NCBI GenBank assembly: GCA_963764165.1
Contig: CAVXRD010000001.1
Span: 1,499,070-1,563,069, forward strand
Length of the DNA: 64,000 nucleotides
Origin: an uncultured Verrucomicrobiae bacterium
GTDB lineage: Bacteria; Verrucomicrobiota; Verrucomicrobiia; Limisphaerales; Palsa-1400
Direction: 5' to 3'
Positions 43,459 through 52,832 of this stretch are shown here, piece by piece. The first letter of the stretch is position 1. Each line of letters opens with the position of its first letter. The translations under genes were made by a program, and so were the position numbers. Below the pieces are notes generated by a model, which worked only from the letters and a program-made list of their open reading frames with translations, had not been told where the DNA came from and did no database searches.

Positions 43459-43647
43459 ATGTCAGACCACAAGAAAATTGAAATAATCAAGCATGAGCAA
43501 GAGGGCGGTATACTGTCTCCAGAGAGACACCGGGCAACAAGCCAATCCGGCGACCAAGTTCGAGCAAGCGAATTCCAAAAGACCCGTGGCGCAGCCGAAC
43601 AAGAAGCGATTGAACGGCAAAGTGGGAGTCAAACTCAAAAAAAATAA
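43459..43647 (+). CDS. small hydrophilic hypothetical protein
   Basis: MSDHKKIEIIKHEQEGG..; isolated ORF in an AT-rich segment. Confidence 0.45.
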   Translation: MSDHKKIEIIKHEQEGGILSPERHRATSQSGDQVRASEFQKTRGAAEQEAIERQSGSQTQKK

Positions 43648-43752
43648 CCCACCCCCATACAGATCACACTGAGGGAGGGTGGGAGACAAATGAACTCCGA
43701 AGGGGTTCACTTACCTATGTTTTAAGACGGTGCGAGACTCAAATCATTACAC

Positions 43753-43785
43753 GGAGCGATTTACCCTGATCGCTCCCCTTTTTTT
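43753..43785 (+). terminator. intrinsic terminator
   Basis: GGAGCGAT-N8-ATCGCTCC-CC-T7. Confidence 0.75.
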
Positions 43786-43919
43786 CCTTACCGTGGGGGA
43801 CTCAGAGGACGTTAGAACCTACGGCTACAAAGCGAAACGGGCGGCCGCGCTCATATACGCTCATTTCAAAAAGGAATTCGGATTTCCAGAAGATCACTGA
43901 AATTGTCGGATTGGTATGG

Positions 43920-44060
43920 GACCAACAACAGGACACAGCTCGAATGTGGGATAACATTTTGGATCGGTTGGCAACATTGAATAGGCAAGGGTTGTTGCCC
44001 GATCTCTCGACACTGGCGGCATTTCGGCATAGAGAGGATACAACAGAGTTGAATGAATGA
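43920..44060 (+). repeat. orphan recombinase-tail-like repeat B
   Basis: GACCAACAACAGGACACAGCTCGAATGTGGGA; reads DQQQDTARMWDNILDRLATLNRQGLLPDLSTL..stop. Confidence 0.7.
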
Positions 44061-44062
44061 CG

Positions 44063-44092
44063 AAGACTCCGGATATTGCCGCAAACGGCAAA
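44063..44092 (+). promoter_or_regulatory. conserved operator-like motif, copy 3
   Basis: AAGACT-CCGGAT-ATTGCCG-CAAA-CGGCAAA. Confidence 0.7.
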
Positions 44093-44138
44093 TCCCGCAG
44101 CCTATTATCATTCCCCTATTCTTACTACCCTTATTATC

Positions 44139-44393
44139 ATGCAAAACACACAATTCATTTCAAACCGTCTTCGGGCTTGTCGCAAGGAGACTAACCTCCT
44201 GCAAGTAGATGTCGCCAAGTCCCTGGGACTCGATTGCGCTGATCGCATCTCGCGCTGGGAGAACGGCACTGCCATGCCGAATGTCATCAATCTGTTCAAA
44301 CTAGCAGCCATCTACAACGTGATGCCCCACGACTTATATCCTGAACTTCTTCAGGTCACGAAGGAACAATCGAAATCAACCGAAAATAATTAG
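44139..44393 (+). CDS. XRE-type HTH regulator
   Basis: NRLRACRKETNLLQVDVAKSLG..RISRWENGTAMPNVINLFKLA. Confidence 0.85.
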   Translation: MQNTQFISNRLRACRKETNLLQVDVAKSLGLDCADRISRWENGTAMPNVINLFKLAAIYNVMPHDLYPELLQVTKEQSKSTENN

Positions 44394-44424
44394 GCGGCAT
44401 CGATACTTATAGCTTTGCATTACA

Positions 44425-44961
44425 TTGACAGACAACGCCCTTGTGGAGCACAATGATGCGAACGACTGGCAAAAATCATTACGAACTATGGAAGAAACTC
44501 AACCTGTAATTATTCCGACTGAGGCCGCCCTGCGGGCAATGGTCGAGGCGGCTGCGCGTTTGACGATGCGAGACGAAATCGCCATATTAAAAAACGGCAA
44601 AGTCGAAAGAACCTTTTCTTCCTATTTTGCGAATAAAATCGCAGAGACAATTTGCATGGCAAATGTGCGCGCCGATCCATTTTACAACAAACATTTGGGC
44701 GCCACAAAGATACTCGACGGAAAGGTCATTGAGTTGGATATAGCCGTTCACGAGAGAAACAGCGACAAGAACAATTTGGTTGCAATAGAACTTGAAACAA
44801 CGAATCACCCAAAGAGAGATGATATTTGGAAATTGGAGAAGTTGACGCAGCAACTCTATGGCTTCGGGTATAAGCTCGGTTTTTATATTGTGTTCGGCGT
44901 AAAAAAAGAAGCTGGGAAAATCAGCATTGCAGAATGGTTCAAAAATGGCACGATCTTGTGA
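44425..44961 (+). CDS. putative PD-(D/E)XK nuclease-fold protein
   Basis: ERTFS..ADPFYNK..LDIAVHER..NLVAIELE..DDIWKL..YKLG. Confidence 0.55.
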   Translation: MTDNALVEHNDANDWQKSLRTMEETQPVIIPTEAALRAMVEAAARLTMRDEIAILKNGKVERTFSSYFANKIAETICMANVRADPFYNKHLGATKILDGKVIELDIAVHERNSDKNNLVAIELETTNHPKRDDIWKLEKLTQQLYGFGYKLGFYIVFGVKKEAGKISIAEWFKNGTIL

Positions 44962-44983
44962 TTTGTTACTTCTAACAAGTTGT

Positions 44984-45163
44984 GACCAACAACAGGACAC
45001 ACCTCGAACCTGGGACCGAATACTCAGTAAATTAACGGAACTTGCCGAAAAGGGCCTCTTGCCAGATTTGACTACCCTGTTCATAGGTGGGGGACATCAT
45101 ACCAAGAGTGCCAATGAGACCAAGACTGTGGCCTTTGCCGAAAGCAACCAAACGGAGCAATAG
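44984..45163 (+). repeat. orphan recombinase-tail-like repeat C, with partial operator motif at 45122-45151
   Basis: GACCAACAACAGGACACACCTCGAACCTGGGA (29/32 identical to B); reads DQQQDTPRTWDRILSKLTELAEKGLLPDLTTL; AAGACT-GTGGCC-TTTGCCG. Confidence 0.7.
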
Positions 45164-45937
45164 TCACCTCACGCTATCGACTGGAGGATCGAGTTTCTTT
45201 TCACCGGCATCATGCGGTTTTCGGGCACGAGGGGCGTTTTCCGTGCTTTCAAAAAGCCGTTCAGCATATGCAAAGGCGGGAATTTTCACCCATGCGGGCT
45301 TAATCGTGAAAATCCACCAATAAAGAAGCAGTGCGTTCGCTGCCGTGCAGACCCATGGAGCGATTTTTGGGTCGCCAGAATGAACAAACCAGATGCCCGC
45401 ACCACCACTCACGACGATACCAAGGAGCGTAACCATAACTCCCGTCGAGCGCAAAGCAAACAGATTTCGGCAAAACCCGTATTGGACGTTTTCCTTATGT
45501 AACAAAGGATACTTTTTAGTGTCGCGGGTTTTGCCGATTTGGAGCTTCACTGCCGCGTTATAAATATCATCCGCGCCGGAGGGATTAGAAACTTCTTCCT
45601 CTGCCGTAGGAAATGCCTTTCCCAGCAGCTTGTGAAGACTTTTGTGCCAACGTTCCCGCATAACCGGATTTGCTGGCCCTGAATGGCGGAGGAATTGTGT
45701 AGTTGGCGCACCGCCCCAAGATTGCCAAAGACCGGGTTCAATTCTTTTTCCGAAATTGCGAGCAAGTATTGCGAGGAAAAATGTGCCGCCAGCCGTTGAA
45801 AAAAGCGTCCAGAGAGCCGACTGCCATTTGACGCCGGGACCCGTCCATGCGAACACACCAATTGCAGCAGGTAGCAAGGTCAAAAGCGCCGGTTGAACCC
45901 GCGCCCGCAAGCTGTAATAGTCAAACAAATTAGTCAT
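45164..45937 (-). CDS. multi-TM hypothetical protein (putative defence effector)
   Basis: FDYYSLRARVQPALL..WGGAPTTQFLR..ENVQYGFCRNL; overlaps the end of the MBL gene. Confidence 0.6.
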   Translation of the reverse strand: MTNLFDYYSLRARVQPALLTLLPAAIGVFAWTGPGVKWQSALWTLFSTAGGTFFLAILARNFGKRIEPGLWQSWGGAPTTQFLRHSGPANPVMRERWHKSLHKLLGKAFPTAEEEVSNPSGADDIYNAAVKLQIGKTRDTKKYPLLHKENVQYGFCRNLFALRSTGVMVTLLGIVVSGGAGIWFVHSGDPKIAPWVCTAANALLLYWWIFTIKPAWVKIPAFAYAERLFESTENAPRARKPHDAGEKKLDPPVDSVR

Positions 45938-47027
45938 CGTTTTCTACTTGGGTATAAAATTGTATTGGTTCGATTGACCCGTATGTGCTTCTGGCAGGTG
46001 CTTGATCGCGCAGCCAAATATTGATCCCGGCTGTGGCGTGGACGGATGCTCCACGGCGGCGGAGGGCGTTGGTCACCTTTTTGTGGGGATGTTTCGGCGC
46101 GCCATCTTTTGCTGCGGAGATATAAGCATACCAATCTTTTGCATCCAGTCCTCGGACGCCTCCAAATAGACGATTGAGCACTGAGGGGCCGAGATTCCGA
46201 CGGCTTCCGTGGTGTGGCACATCGAAGAAATATAGTCCCGCGAGCGAAATCCCGTTTGCGTCTACAAATGCAATCGCCGCCTGTAGCGCGGGAACGCCTG
46301 CATCGCCTGTGAACAGGAACTTCTTGTCATCCACATCAAGGGTGAAAATCACGGATGAATTATTCTCGGAACTTGTCGCGTCTGGAGCAGGCTCTTGGAG
46401 CTTTTCCGTGAACCAATTCTCCGAGACCCAATTCGCAACCGTGGCTCCCAACGCCCTGAGTGCCTCCCCAAGACGTGCAGAAGTAGTTTGGATTTCAGTT
46501 CCTGGCATAAATCTGAATCCCGCGAGCATTTCTTGGTAAAAATCTTTTGTCGGCCCAATGACGCGTAGTCCAAGCCCGCTTGCACCGGCAAAAGGCTCGA
46601 TAACGGGGATCCCCTTTTCCTTCGCGAGCTGTTCAATCTCTCGCACAGTGGAGAGATTCCGTTTGGCATTTTCCCGTATCGAATCGGTCGTCACGCGACC
46701 GTCATCCAAGAATTCTTTGACATCGCTTGAATGATTCCAAGGCAAGTGCATCGCCAATTGTTTCACTTTCAGCCCCTCCAAGATGTTGCGCATTCCCGAT
46801 GCGTGATCCGTATCGGCATGCGACAATATTGCAATGTCCACTGTGTCGGTCCCATAATACGTTTTGACATGCTTCACCAGTGCATCGCCGGATTCCAATG
46901 TTCCACCGTCGATTGTGACGACGGTCTGCTCATTGCGTTGACCAAAGAGGTTGCCGTAGCGCAGACATACCGCATGTGCGCTTCGCTCACCATCGCCCGC
47001 CGCTAAATAATCGATTTCGTATCCCAT
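45930..47027 (-). CDS. ComEC/Rec2-like metallo-beta-lactamase-fold hydrolase
   Basis: IDGG, SHADTDHASG, NNSS, FTGDAG, VPHHGS, KHP. Confidence 0.85.
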   Translation of the reverse strand: MGYEIDYLAAGDGERSAHAVCLRYGNLFGQRNEQTVVTIDGGTLESGDALVKHVKTYYGTDTVDIAILSHADTDHASGMRNILEGLKVKQLAMHLPWNHSSDVKEFLDDGRVTTDSIRENAKRNLSTVREIEQLAKEKGIPVIEPFAGASGLGLRVIGPTKDFYQEMLAGFRFMPGTEIQTTSARLGEALRALGATVANWVSENWFTEKLQEPAPDATSSENNSSVIFTLDVDDKKFLFTGDAGVPALQAAIAFVDANGISLAGLYFFDVPHHGSRRNLGPSVLNRLFGGVRGLDAKDWYAYISAAKDGAPKHPHKKVTNALRRRGASVHATAGINIWLRDQAPARSTYGSIEPIQFYTQVENDD

Positions 47028-47063
47028 ATTGACTTTATATATGTTATATCATAACATGCACTC

Positions 47064-49550
47064 ATGCAAAATGCAATAAAAATCGATGAGCGCCTCCGTT
47101 TACTTCGTTCAAAGTTGAACCTGAGCCAAGAACAATTGGCGTCACGTCTAAATATCTCATTTGCAACGGTTAATCGCTGGGAAAGCGGCAAGGTGAAGCC
47201 GCAAAAGGCTCAACTTGACTCACTCGATAAACTCATGGGGGAAGCTGGCATTCAGGATGGAGATAAGGGCAATGTTGCGGAGGGTGATGGAGCTTCTGCG
47301 CAGCAGCCCCGCCGTCGTCGAGGGGTTGCAAAAAGCGCCGTGCTCGGAAACCGGGGCATGGAGCAGATGCTTTGGGACGCGGCATGCTCGATACGCGGCG
47401 AAAAGGACGCGCCGAAATTCAAAGATTATTTGCTCCCGCTGCTTTTCATCAAACGCCTGTCGGACGTTTTCGACGACGAAACGCAACGGCTCGCCGATCA
47501 GTTTGGCGACCGCGCCACCGCCCTTGAAGTCCTGGAAGACGATCACAAACTGGTCCGCTTTTACATCCCGCCCGAGGCACGCTGGCCGGTGGTGAGCGGA
47601 CGCGAGGCGTTCAAATGGCCAAAGGACAAAACGCCGAAGGGTCTTGGCGAACAACTCACCACGACCATTCGCGGCATCGTGAAACACAATCCGTCGCTCG
47701 CGGGCGTGATTGATATTGTGGATTTCAACGAAACCCGAAACGGCGAGCGCGAGATTAGCGACTCCGCGTTAAAGGGTATCATCGAAACTTTCTCTGACGC
47801 CCGCTACCGGCTTGGCTTGCACGACGTAGAACCTGATTTTCTCGGACGCTGTTACGAATACCTTTTACGGAAGTTCGCCGAAGGCCAGGGGCAAAGCGCC
47901 GGAGAGTTTTTCACACCCACCGAAGTCGGCTTTCTAATCGCCGAAATAATGCGGCCACGACCCGGCGAGGAATGTTACGACTACGCTTGCGGCTCGTTTG
48001 GTCTGCTTGTCAAATTGCAAATCATCTGTCGCCGCCTCGATCCCCTTTCAAAAGTCCCGCTTAAGCTTTATGGCCAAGAACGAGAGGCATCTAGTTATGC
48101 CATCGCTTGTATGAACAGAATAATTCATGATATGGAGGGCCAAGTGGCGCGCGGTGACTCTATGCGCAATCCCAAATTCAAAGACAGCGATACCCGGCTG
48201 AAACAGTTTGATATTGTGGTCGCAAATCCCATGTGGAACCAATCGTTTGATGCCGACGTTTTCGAAAACGACCCTTTTGAACGCTTCGAGGAGCAAGGCG
48301 GTGTCACCACCACCAAGGGTGATTGGGCTTGGTTACAACACACGCTCGCGGCGTTGAAAAATGCGGGGCGAGCAGCCGTCGTCATGGATACAGGGGCAGT
48401 CACGCGCGGAAGCGGCAGTAAGAACGAGGACAAGGAGCGCAACATACGCAAATGGTTTGTGGACCACGACCTGATTGATGGCGTTATACTATTACCGGAC
48501 AACCTCTTTTATAACATGAATGCGGCAGGGGTGATAATTATATTGCGTAAGCAAAAGCCAAAAGAACGAAAAGGCCGCATTTTTCTCGTGGATGCAAGCA
48601 GCCAGCGCCAGAAAGGCAATCCCAAAAACTTCATTCCAGAATCAAGCATCAAAACGATTGCAACAGCTTTTCATAAAGGAGAGGCAGTGGATGGATTTCT
48701 TTCAGTGATCACAAATCAGGAAGCATCCAACAATGACTACAATCTTCATCCTTCACGCTTTTGCTCTACGACTGCAAAGAACACACACCATAGCGCAGAT
48801 GCACTTAGAAAGGAGTTAGATGCCCTTGAACTTGAGGCGACTTCAATTGAAAAAGGTTTAGCCAGAATCTTGAGTAAATTTAACGTTTCGATGGATATCG
48901 ATGAAGCTCCCTTGCCAGATGATTGGCAGTCTTCTGTGCTCGAAACATTTTATCGCATCACAAAGAAGCCGAAGGGCCTTGCTCTGGACGGAATCGACAC
49001 AATTCCGTTTATTCCAATGGAATTGGTTCCTGCCAAGGGGACTCATAAAACTCCATTTAATCTCAAAAAACGAAAGGATATCACGAGCGGCACATACTTT
49101 GAAAAAGGTGACGTTTTGCTCTCGAAAATCACGCCTTCCTTTGAAAATGGAAAACAAGGCATAGCCGATGAAATTCCGAGTGCTTTCGGCTACGCGACCA
49201 CCGAAGTGATACCCATTCACTCACTACCCAATGTGAGCAACAAGTATTTTCTGTTCTATTGGCTCTTACAGCAATCGGCGCGCTCTTGGCTTGAGGCTAG
49301 AATGGAAGGAAGCACCGGGCGGCAACGTGTTCAGGAACATTCAGTTAAGGAGATTCCATTCAGTAAACCTCCTTTTGAGGAAGAAAAGAAGATTGCCGCC
49401 GTGCTAAGAAAAATTCAGCGCATGATTGAAATTAGAGAACGACAGACTTTTCTTCTGCGAGAGCTGTTCAAGGGTTCATTGAATATCCTCATGACTGGTC
49501 GCGTGCGGATAAACGATCTCGACATTGATACAAAGGATATCGAGTCATGA
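47064..49550 (+). CDS. hsdM: type I RM fusion: XRE-HTH + HsdM methyltransferase + single HsdS TRD
   Basis: N-term [21 protein letters not shown]; [39 protein letters not shown]; C-term [33 protein letters not shown]. Confidence 0.9.
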   Translation: MQNAIKIDERLRLLRSKLNLSQEQLASRLNISFATVNRWESGKVKPQKAQLDSLDKLMGEAGIQDGDKGNVAEGDGASAQQPRRRRGVAKSAVLGNRGMEQMLWDAACSIRGEKDAPKFKDYLLPLLFIKRLSDVFDDETQRLADQFGDRATALEVLEDDHKLVRFYIPPEARWPVVSGREAFKWPKDKTPKGLGEQLTTTIRGIVKHNPSLAGVIDIVDFNETRNGEREISDSALKGIIETFSDARYRLGLHDVEPDFLGRCYEYLLRKFAEGQGQSAGEFFTPTEVGFLIAEIMRPRPGEECYDYACGSFGLLVKLQIICRRLDPLSKVPLKLYGQEREASSYAIACMNRIIHDMEGQVARGDSMRNPKFKDSDTRLKQFDIVVANPMWNQSFDADVFENDPFERFEEQGGVTTTKGDWAWLQHTLAALKNAGRAAVVMDTGAVTRGSGSKNEDKERNIRKWFVDHDLIDGVILLPDNLFYNMNAAGVIIILRKQKPKERKGRIFLVDASSQRQKGNPKNFIPESSIKTIATAFHKGEAVDGFLSVITNQEASNNDYNLHPSRFCSTTAKNTHHSADALRKELDALELEATSIEKGLARILSKFNVSMDIDEAPLPDDWQSSVLETFYRITKKPKGLALDGIDTIPFIPMELVPAKGTHKTPFNLKKRKDITSGTYFEKGDVLLSKITPSFENGKQGIADEIPSAFGYATTEVIPIHSLPNVSNKYFLFYWLLQQSARSWLEARMEGSTGRQRVQEHSVKEIPFSKPPFEEEKKIAAVLRKIQRMIEIRERQTFLLRELFKGSLNILMTGRVRINDLDIDTKDIES

Positions 49551-52468
49551 GCACATTACTCGCAAACGAGGCCAGCACGGTTCAGTTTCCGCTCGTAAAG
49601 CACGCGGCGGAAATCGGCTGGACTGTCATATCAGACGCCGAGGCACTTCGTCGGCGCGGCGGCGAAGCCGGTTTGTTTTTCGACAAAGAACTTGAAGACG
49701 CCTTGCTCCGCCTTAATCCCGACATCATCACGGCGGAGAACGTGCAGTCTGTCATTCAACGCATGGAGAGCGTGCCGAACACCATTGAGGGCAACCGCGA
49801 AATTCTCGAATGGTTGCGCGGCAACAAAACGGTGTTCGTCGAAAGCGAGAAAAGGCATCGCAACGTTACGCTTTTAGATGTCAAAAACATTGACCGTAAT
49901 GTTTTTCAAGTCACCTACGAATGGACATTCCGTGCGTTGAACAAAAAAGGCAATCGTGCGGACGTGATGTTTCTTATCAACGGAGTTCCAGTTGCCATAG
50001 TGGAAAATAAAAACCCAAAATTGCCGGATGCGACCGAACGCGCCATCAAACAACTTCGCCGCTACCAACTGGAAACGCCGGAATTGCTCACCATGTCCCA
50101 AGTGTTCAACGTGACGCACTTGATCGAATACCTTTACGGCGTCACTTGGAATTATTCGCGCAAGGGCATCTTTGAATGGAAAACCAAGCGCGAAGAAACT
50201 TTCCGCAGCGCGGTTCAAGGATTCTTTGACCGGGGCATCTTTCTGAAAATGCTTGGCGAATGGATTTTATTTTTTCTCAAAGACGATGAATTGCAGAAAA
50301 CTGTTTTGCGCCAGCACCAGACGCGCGCCGCTGAAAAAGTTGTGGAGCGCTGTGCCGACCCGAAAAAGAAAACTGGCCTTGTCTGGCATACACAAGGTTC
50401 AGGAAAAACTTTTACGCTCATCACGGCGGCACGGCTCATTTTGGAAGACAAGGAACGCTTCCCCGGCGCGACGGTGATGCTTGTGGTTGACCGCAACGAA
50501 TTGGAAGGCCAGTTGTCAGGCTGGGTCGAGCGACTTGTTGGTGAGGTTCACGGACGCGACATCAAAATTAAATACGCCGACAGCCGCGCAAGGTTGCAGG
50601 AATTGTTAGATCAAGATTTTCGCGGCCTTATCATTTCGATGATTCACAAGTTTGACGAAATCCGAAAGGATTCATGCAAGCGTTCAGACTTTTTTGTGCT
50701 GATAGACGAAGCGCACCGTTCGACTAGCGGTGATCTTGGCAATTTCCTAATGGGCGCATTACCGAACGCGACGCTGATCGGTTTTACCGGCACGCCGATT
50801 GATAGAACGGCCCACGGCAAAGGCACATTTAAAGTTTTCGGCAAGGAGGACGACAAGGGTTATCTCGACAAGTATTCCATCCGAGAATCCATTGCAGACG
50901 GAACGACAGTTATGTTGCGTCACACGTTGGCGCGAAGTGAAATTCAGCTTCCCGAAGATTTGCTCGAAAAGGAATTCTTGAACATCGTCGAGAGCGAAGG
51001 CGTCAGCGACGTGAACGAATTGAACCGCATCCTTGACCGTGCGGTAAATTTGAAAGCGTTTTTGAAAGCCGACGACCGCGTAGAGAAAGTGGCACAATTC
51101 GTCGCAAAACACTTCAAGGAAAACGTCGAGCCGCTGGGCTACAAAGCATTCCTTGTAGCAGTGGATCGTGAAGCGTGCGCCCTTTACAAAAAGGCACTCG
51201 ACAAGTATCTACCCCGAGAATACTCGATACCGATTTATACGAAGAATGCAGCGGACTCCATTGACCGCCCTCTTGTGGCACAAATGCAGTTGGACGAAAC
51301 CGCCGAGAAGAAAGCCCGCAAAGCGTTTCCGAAGCCCGACCAATTGCCGAAAATTTTCATCGTCACCGACAAACTTCTCACCGGCTACGACGCGCCCGTT
51401 TTGTATTGTATGTATCTCGACAAGCCAATGCGCGATCACGTCTTACTTCAAGCCGTGGCGCGTGTGAACCGGCCTTACGAGGACGACAAAGGTGTTAAAA
51501 AGCCGTGCGGCCTCATCGTTGATTTCATCGGTATCTTGAAAGAATTGAACAAGGCGCTGGCGTTTGATTCTGACGAAGTGAGGGGTGTAATTGAAGACCT
51601 CGACATTTTGCTCGCTCGTTTCAAAGAGTTGATGGAAGCCGCTGGCAAATCATACTTGGAAGCCGCTGGCACAAACGGCGGAAGGGACGTGAAGATCGAG
51701 AAACTGCTTTACGATATTTTCCTAGACAAGCAGAAGCGGCAGGAGTTCGTCGAGTTTTTCAAGGAGGTTGAAATGCTTTACGAAATCCTTTCGCCTGATT
51801 CCGCGTTGCGTGATTACATAGAAAATTACAATAGGCTCGCTGACCTTTACGTCATGCTGAAAAACGCCTATGGCAAGAAAACGACGTTTTACGCAGACAT
51901 CGCCCACAAAACTGAAATGCTTGTCCGCGAAAATGCCGCATCTCACGGTCTCGCCAAGATGACCAAGACGGTGGAATTTGACGCAGCGGCATTGCAGGCG
52001 TTGAAAGATAAAAAGGGTTCAGACAACGGCAAGGTAATCAATCTCATAAAAAGCCTCACTAAAAGTGCAACCGACCGAGGCGAGAAAGAGCCATATCTCA
52101 TTTCGATTGCCGAGCGCGCCGAGTCTGTAATGGGTGCGTTGGAAGATCGTCAGGTTTCCACGGCAGACGCGCTTTCGAGAATCGAAGGATTGATGCGGGA
52201 AAAACTGGCGGCTGAAAAAGTCCGTAAGGAAAGTGGGCTTGACCCCGACACGTTTGAGATTTTTTGGTTTTTGCAGCAGCAAGATGTCAAAGACGCTCTC
52301 CTTATTGCAAAGGAAATCAATGCGGTATATTCGCGCTTCCCCAATTCCGCCAGCAATGCGGACGAGCAGCGACAATTGAAAGCCGAGATTTACAAATCAT
52401 TGCTCCGCGTCGTCAGCGGCAAGCGCATGGTTGATCTTGCGGAAGAGATTTTACGTCTTAAACAATAA
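49547..52468 (+). CDS. hsdR: type I restriction endonuclease subunit R
   Basis: [52 protein letters not shown]. Confidence 0.95.
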   Translation: MSTLLANEASTVQFPLVKHAAEIGWTVISDAEALRRRGGEAGLFFDKELEDALLRLNPDIITAENVQSVIQRMESVPNTIEGNREILEWLRGNKTVFVESEKRHRNVTLLDVKNIDRNVFQVTYEWTFRALNKKGNRADVMFLINGVPVAIVENKNPKLPDATERAIKQLRRYQLETPELLTMSQVFNVTHLIEYLYGVTWNYSRKGIFEWKTKREETFRSAVQGFFDRGIFLKMLGEWILFFLKDDELQKTVLRQHQTRAAEKVVERCADPKKKTGLVWHTQGSGKTFTLITAARLILEDKERFPGATVMLVVDRNELEGQLSGWVERLVGEVHGRDIKIKYADSRARLQELLDQDFRGLIISMIHKFDEIRKDSCKRSDFFVLIDEAHRSTSGDLGNFLMGALPNATLIGFTGTPIDRTAHGKGTFKVFGKEDDKGYLDKYSIRESIADGTTVMLRHTLARSEIQLPEDLLEKEFLNIVESEGVSDVNELNRILDRAVNLKAFLKADDRVEKVAQFVAKHFKENVEPLGYKAFLVAVDREACALYKKALDKYLPREYSIPIYTKNAADSIDRPLVAQMQLDETAEKKARKAFPKPDQLPKIFIVTDKLLTGYDAPVLYCMYLDKPMRDHVLLQAVARVNRPYEDDKGVKKPCGLIVDFIGILKELNKALAFDSDEVRGVIEDLDILLARFKELMEAAGKSYLEAAGTNGGRDVKIEKLLYDIFLDKQKRQEFVEFFKEVEMLYEILSPDSALRDYIENYNRLADLYVMLKNAYGKKTTFYADIAHKTEMLVRENAASHGLAKMTKTVEFDAAALQALKDKKGSDNGKVINLIKSLTKSATDRGEKEPYLISIAERAESVMGALEDRQVSTADALSRIEGLMREKLAAEKVRKESGLDPDTFEIFWFLQQQDVKDALLIAKEINAVYSRFPNSASNADEQRQLKAEIYKSLLRVVSGKRMVDLAEEILRLKQ

Positions 52469-52815
52469 TGAAATCACGACACCAAAACGCTGTGCCGTTG
52501 GATCAACCTTTCAAAACAAAGGTGCATTCATGGGCATTGAGAGTTCGTGTGAAGCCGACGCAAGTCCGCATTCAGAAAATGACTCGCAAATGGGCGTCAT
52601 GTTCGACTCGCGGATGGATCAGCTTTTCATACGACCTTTTGCTTGAGCCGCAACCCTTTCAAGATTATGTGGTCGTTCACGAACTGCTTCACTTGAAAGT
52701 CCGCAATCATGGCAAGCTTTTCAAAAGTTTGCTTTCAGCATATCTACCAGGTTGGAAAAAATTTAGCCTTGAATGTCGCGCTACAAGACCAGTAGGTTCA
52801 GGAGCGGTGAAATAA
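52468..52815 (+). CDS. short YgjP/M48-like metallopeptidase-domain protein
   Basis: MTRKWASCS..DYVVVHELLHL..NHGKLF; usual neighbour of hsdR. Confidence 0.8.
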   Translation: MKSRHQNAVPLDQPFKTKVHSWALRVRVKPTQVRIQKMTRKWASCSTRGWISFSYDLLLEPQPFQDYVVVHELLHLKVRNHGKLFKSLLSAYLPGWKKFSLECRATRPVGSGAVK

Positions 52816-52832
52816 ACTCACCAAACAAAATC

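Noticed and set aside
43920-45015. Direct repeats read as a CRISPR array
   Set aside because: Only two close copies, about 1 kb apart with genes between them; no regular spacers and no cas genes.
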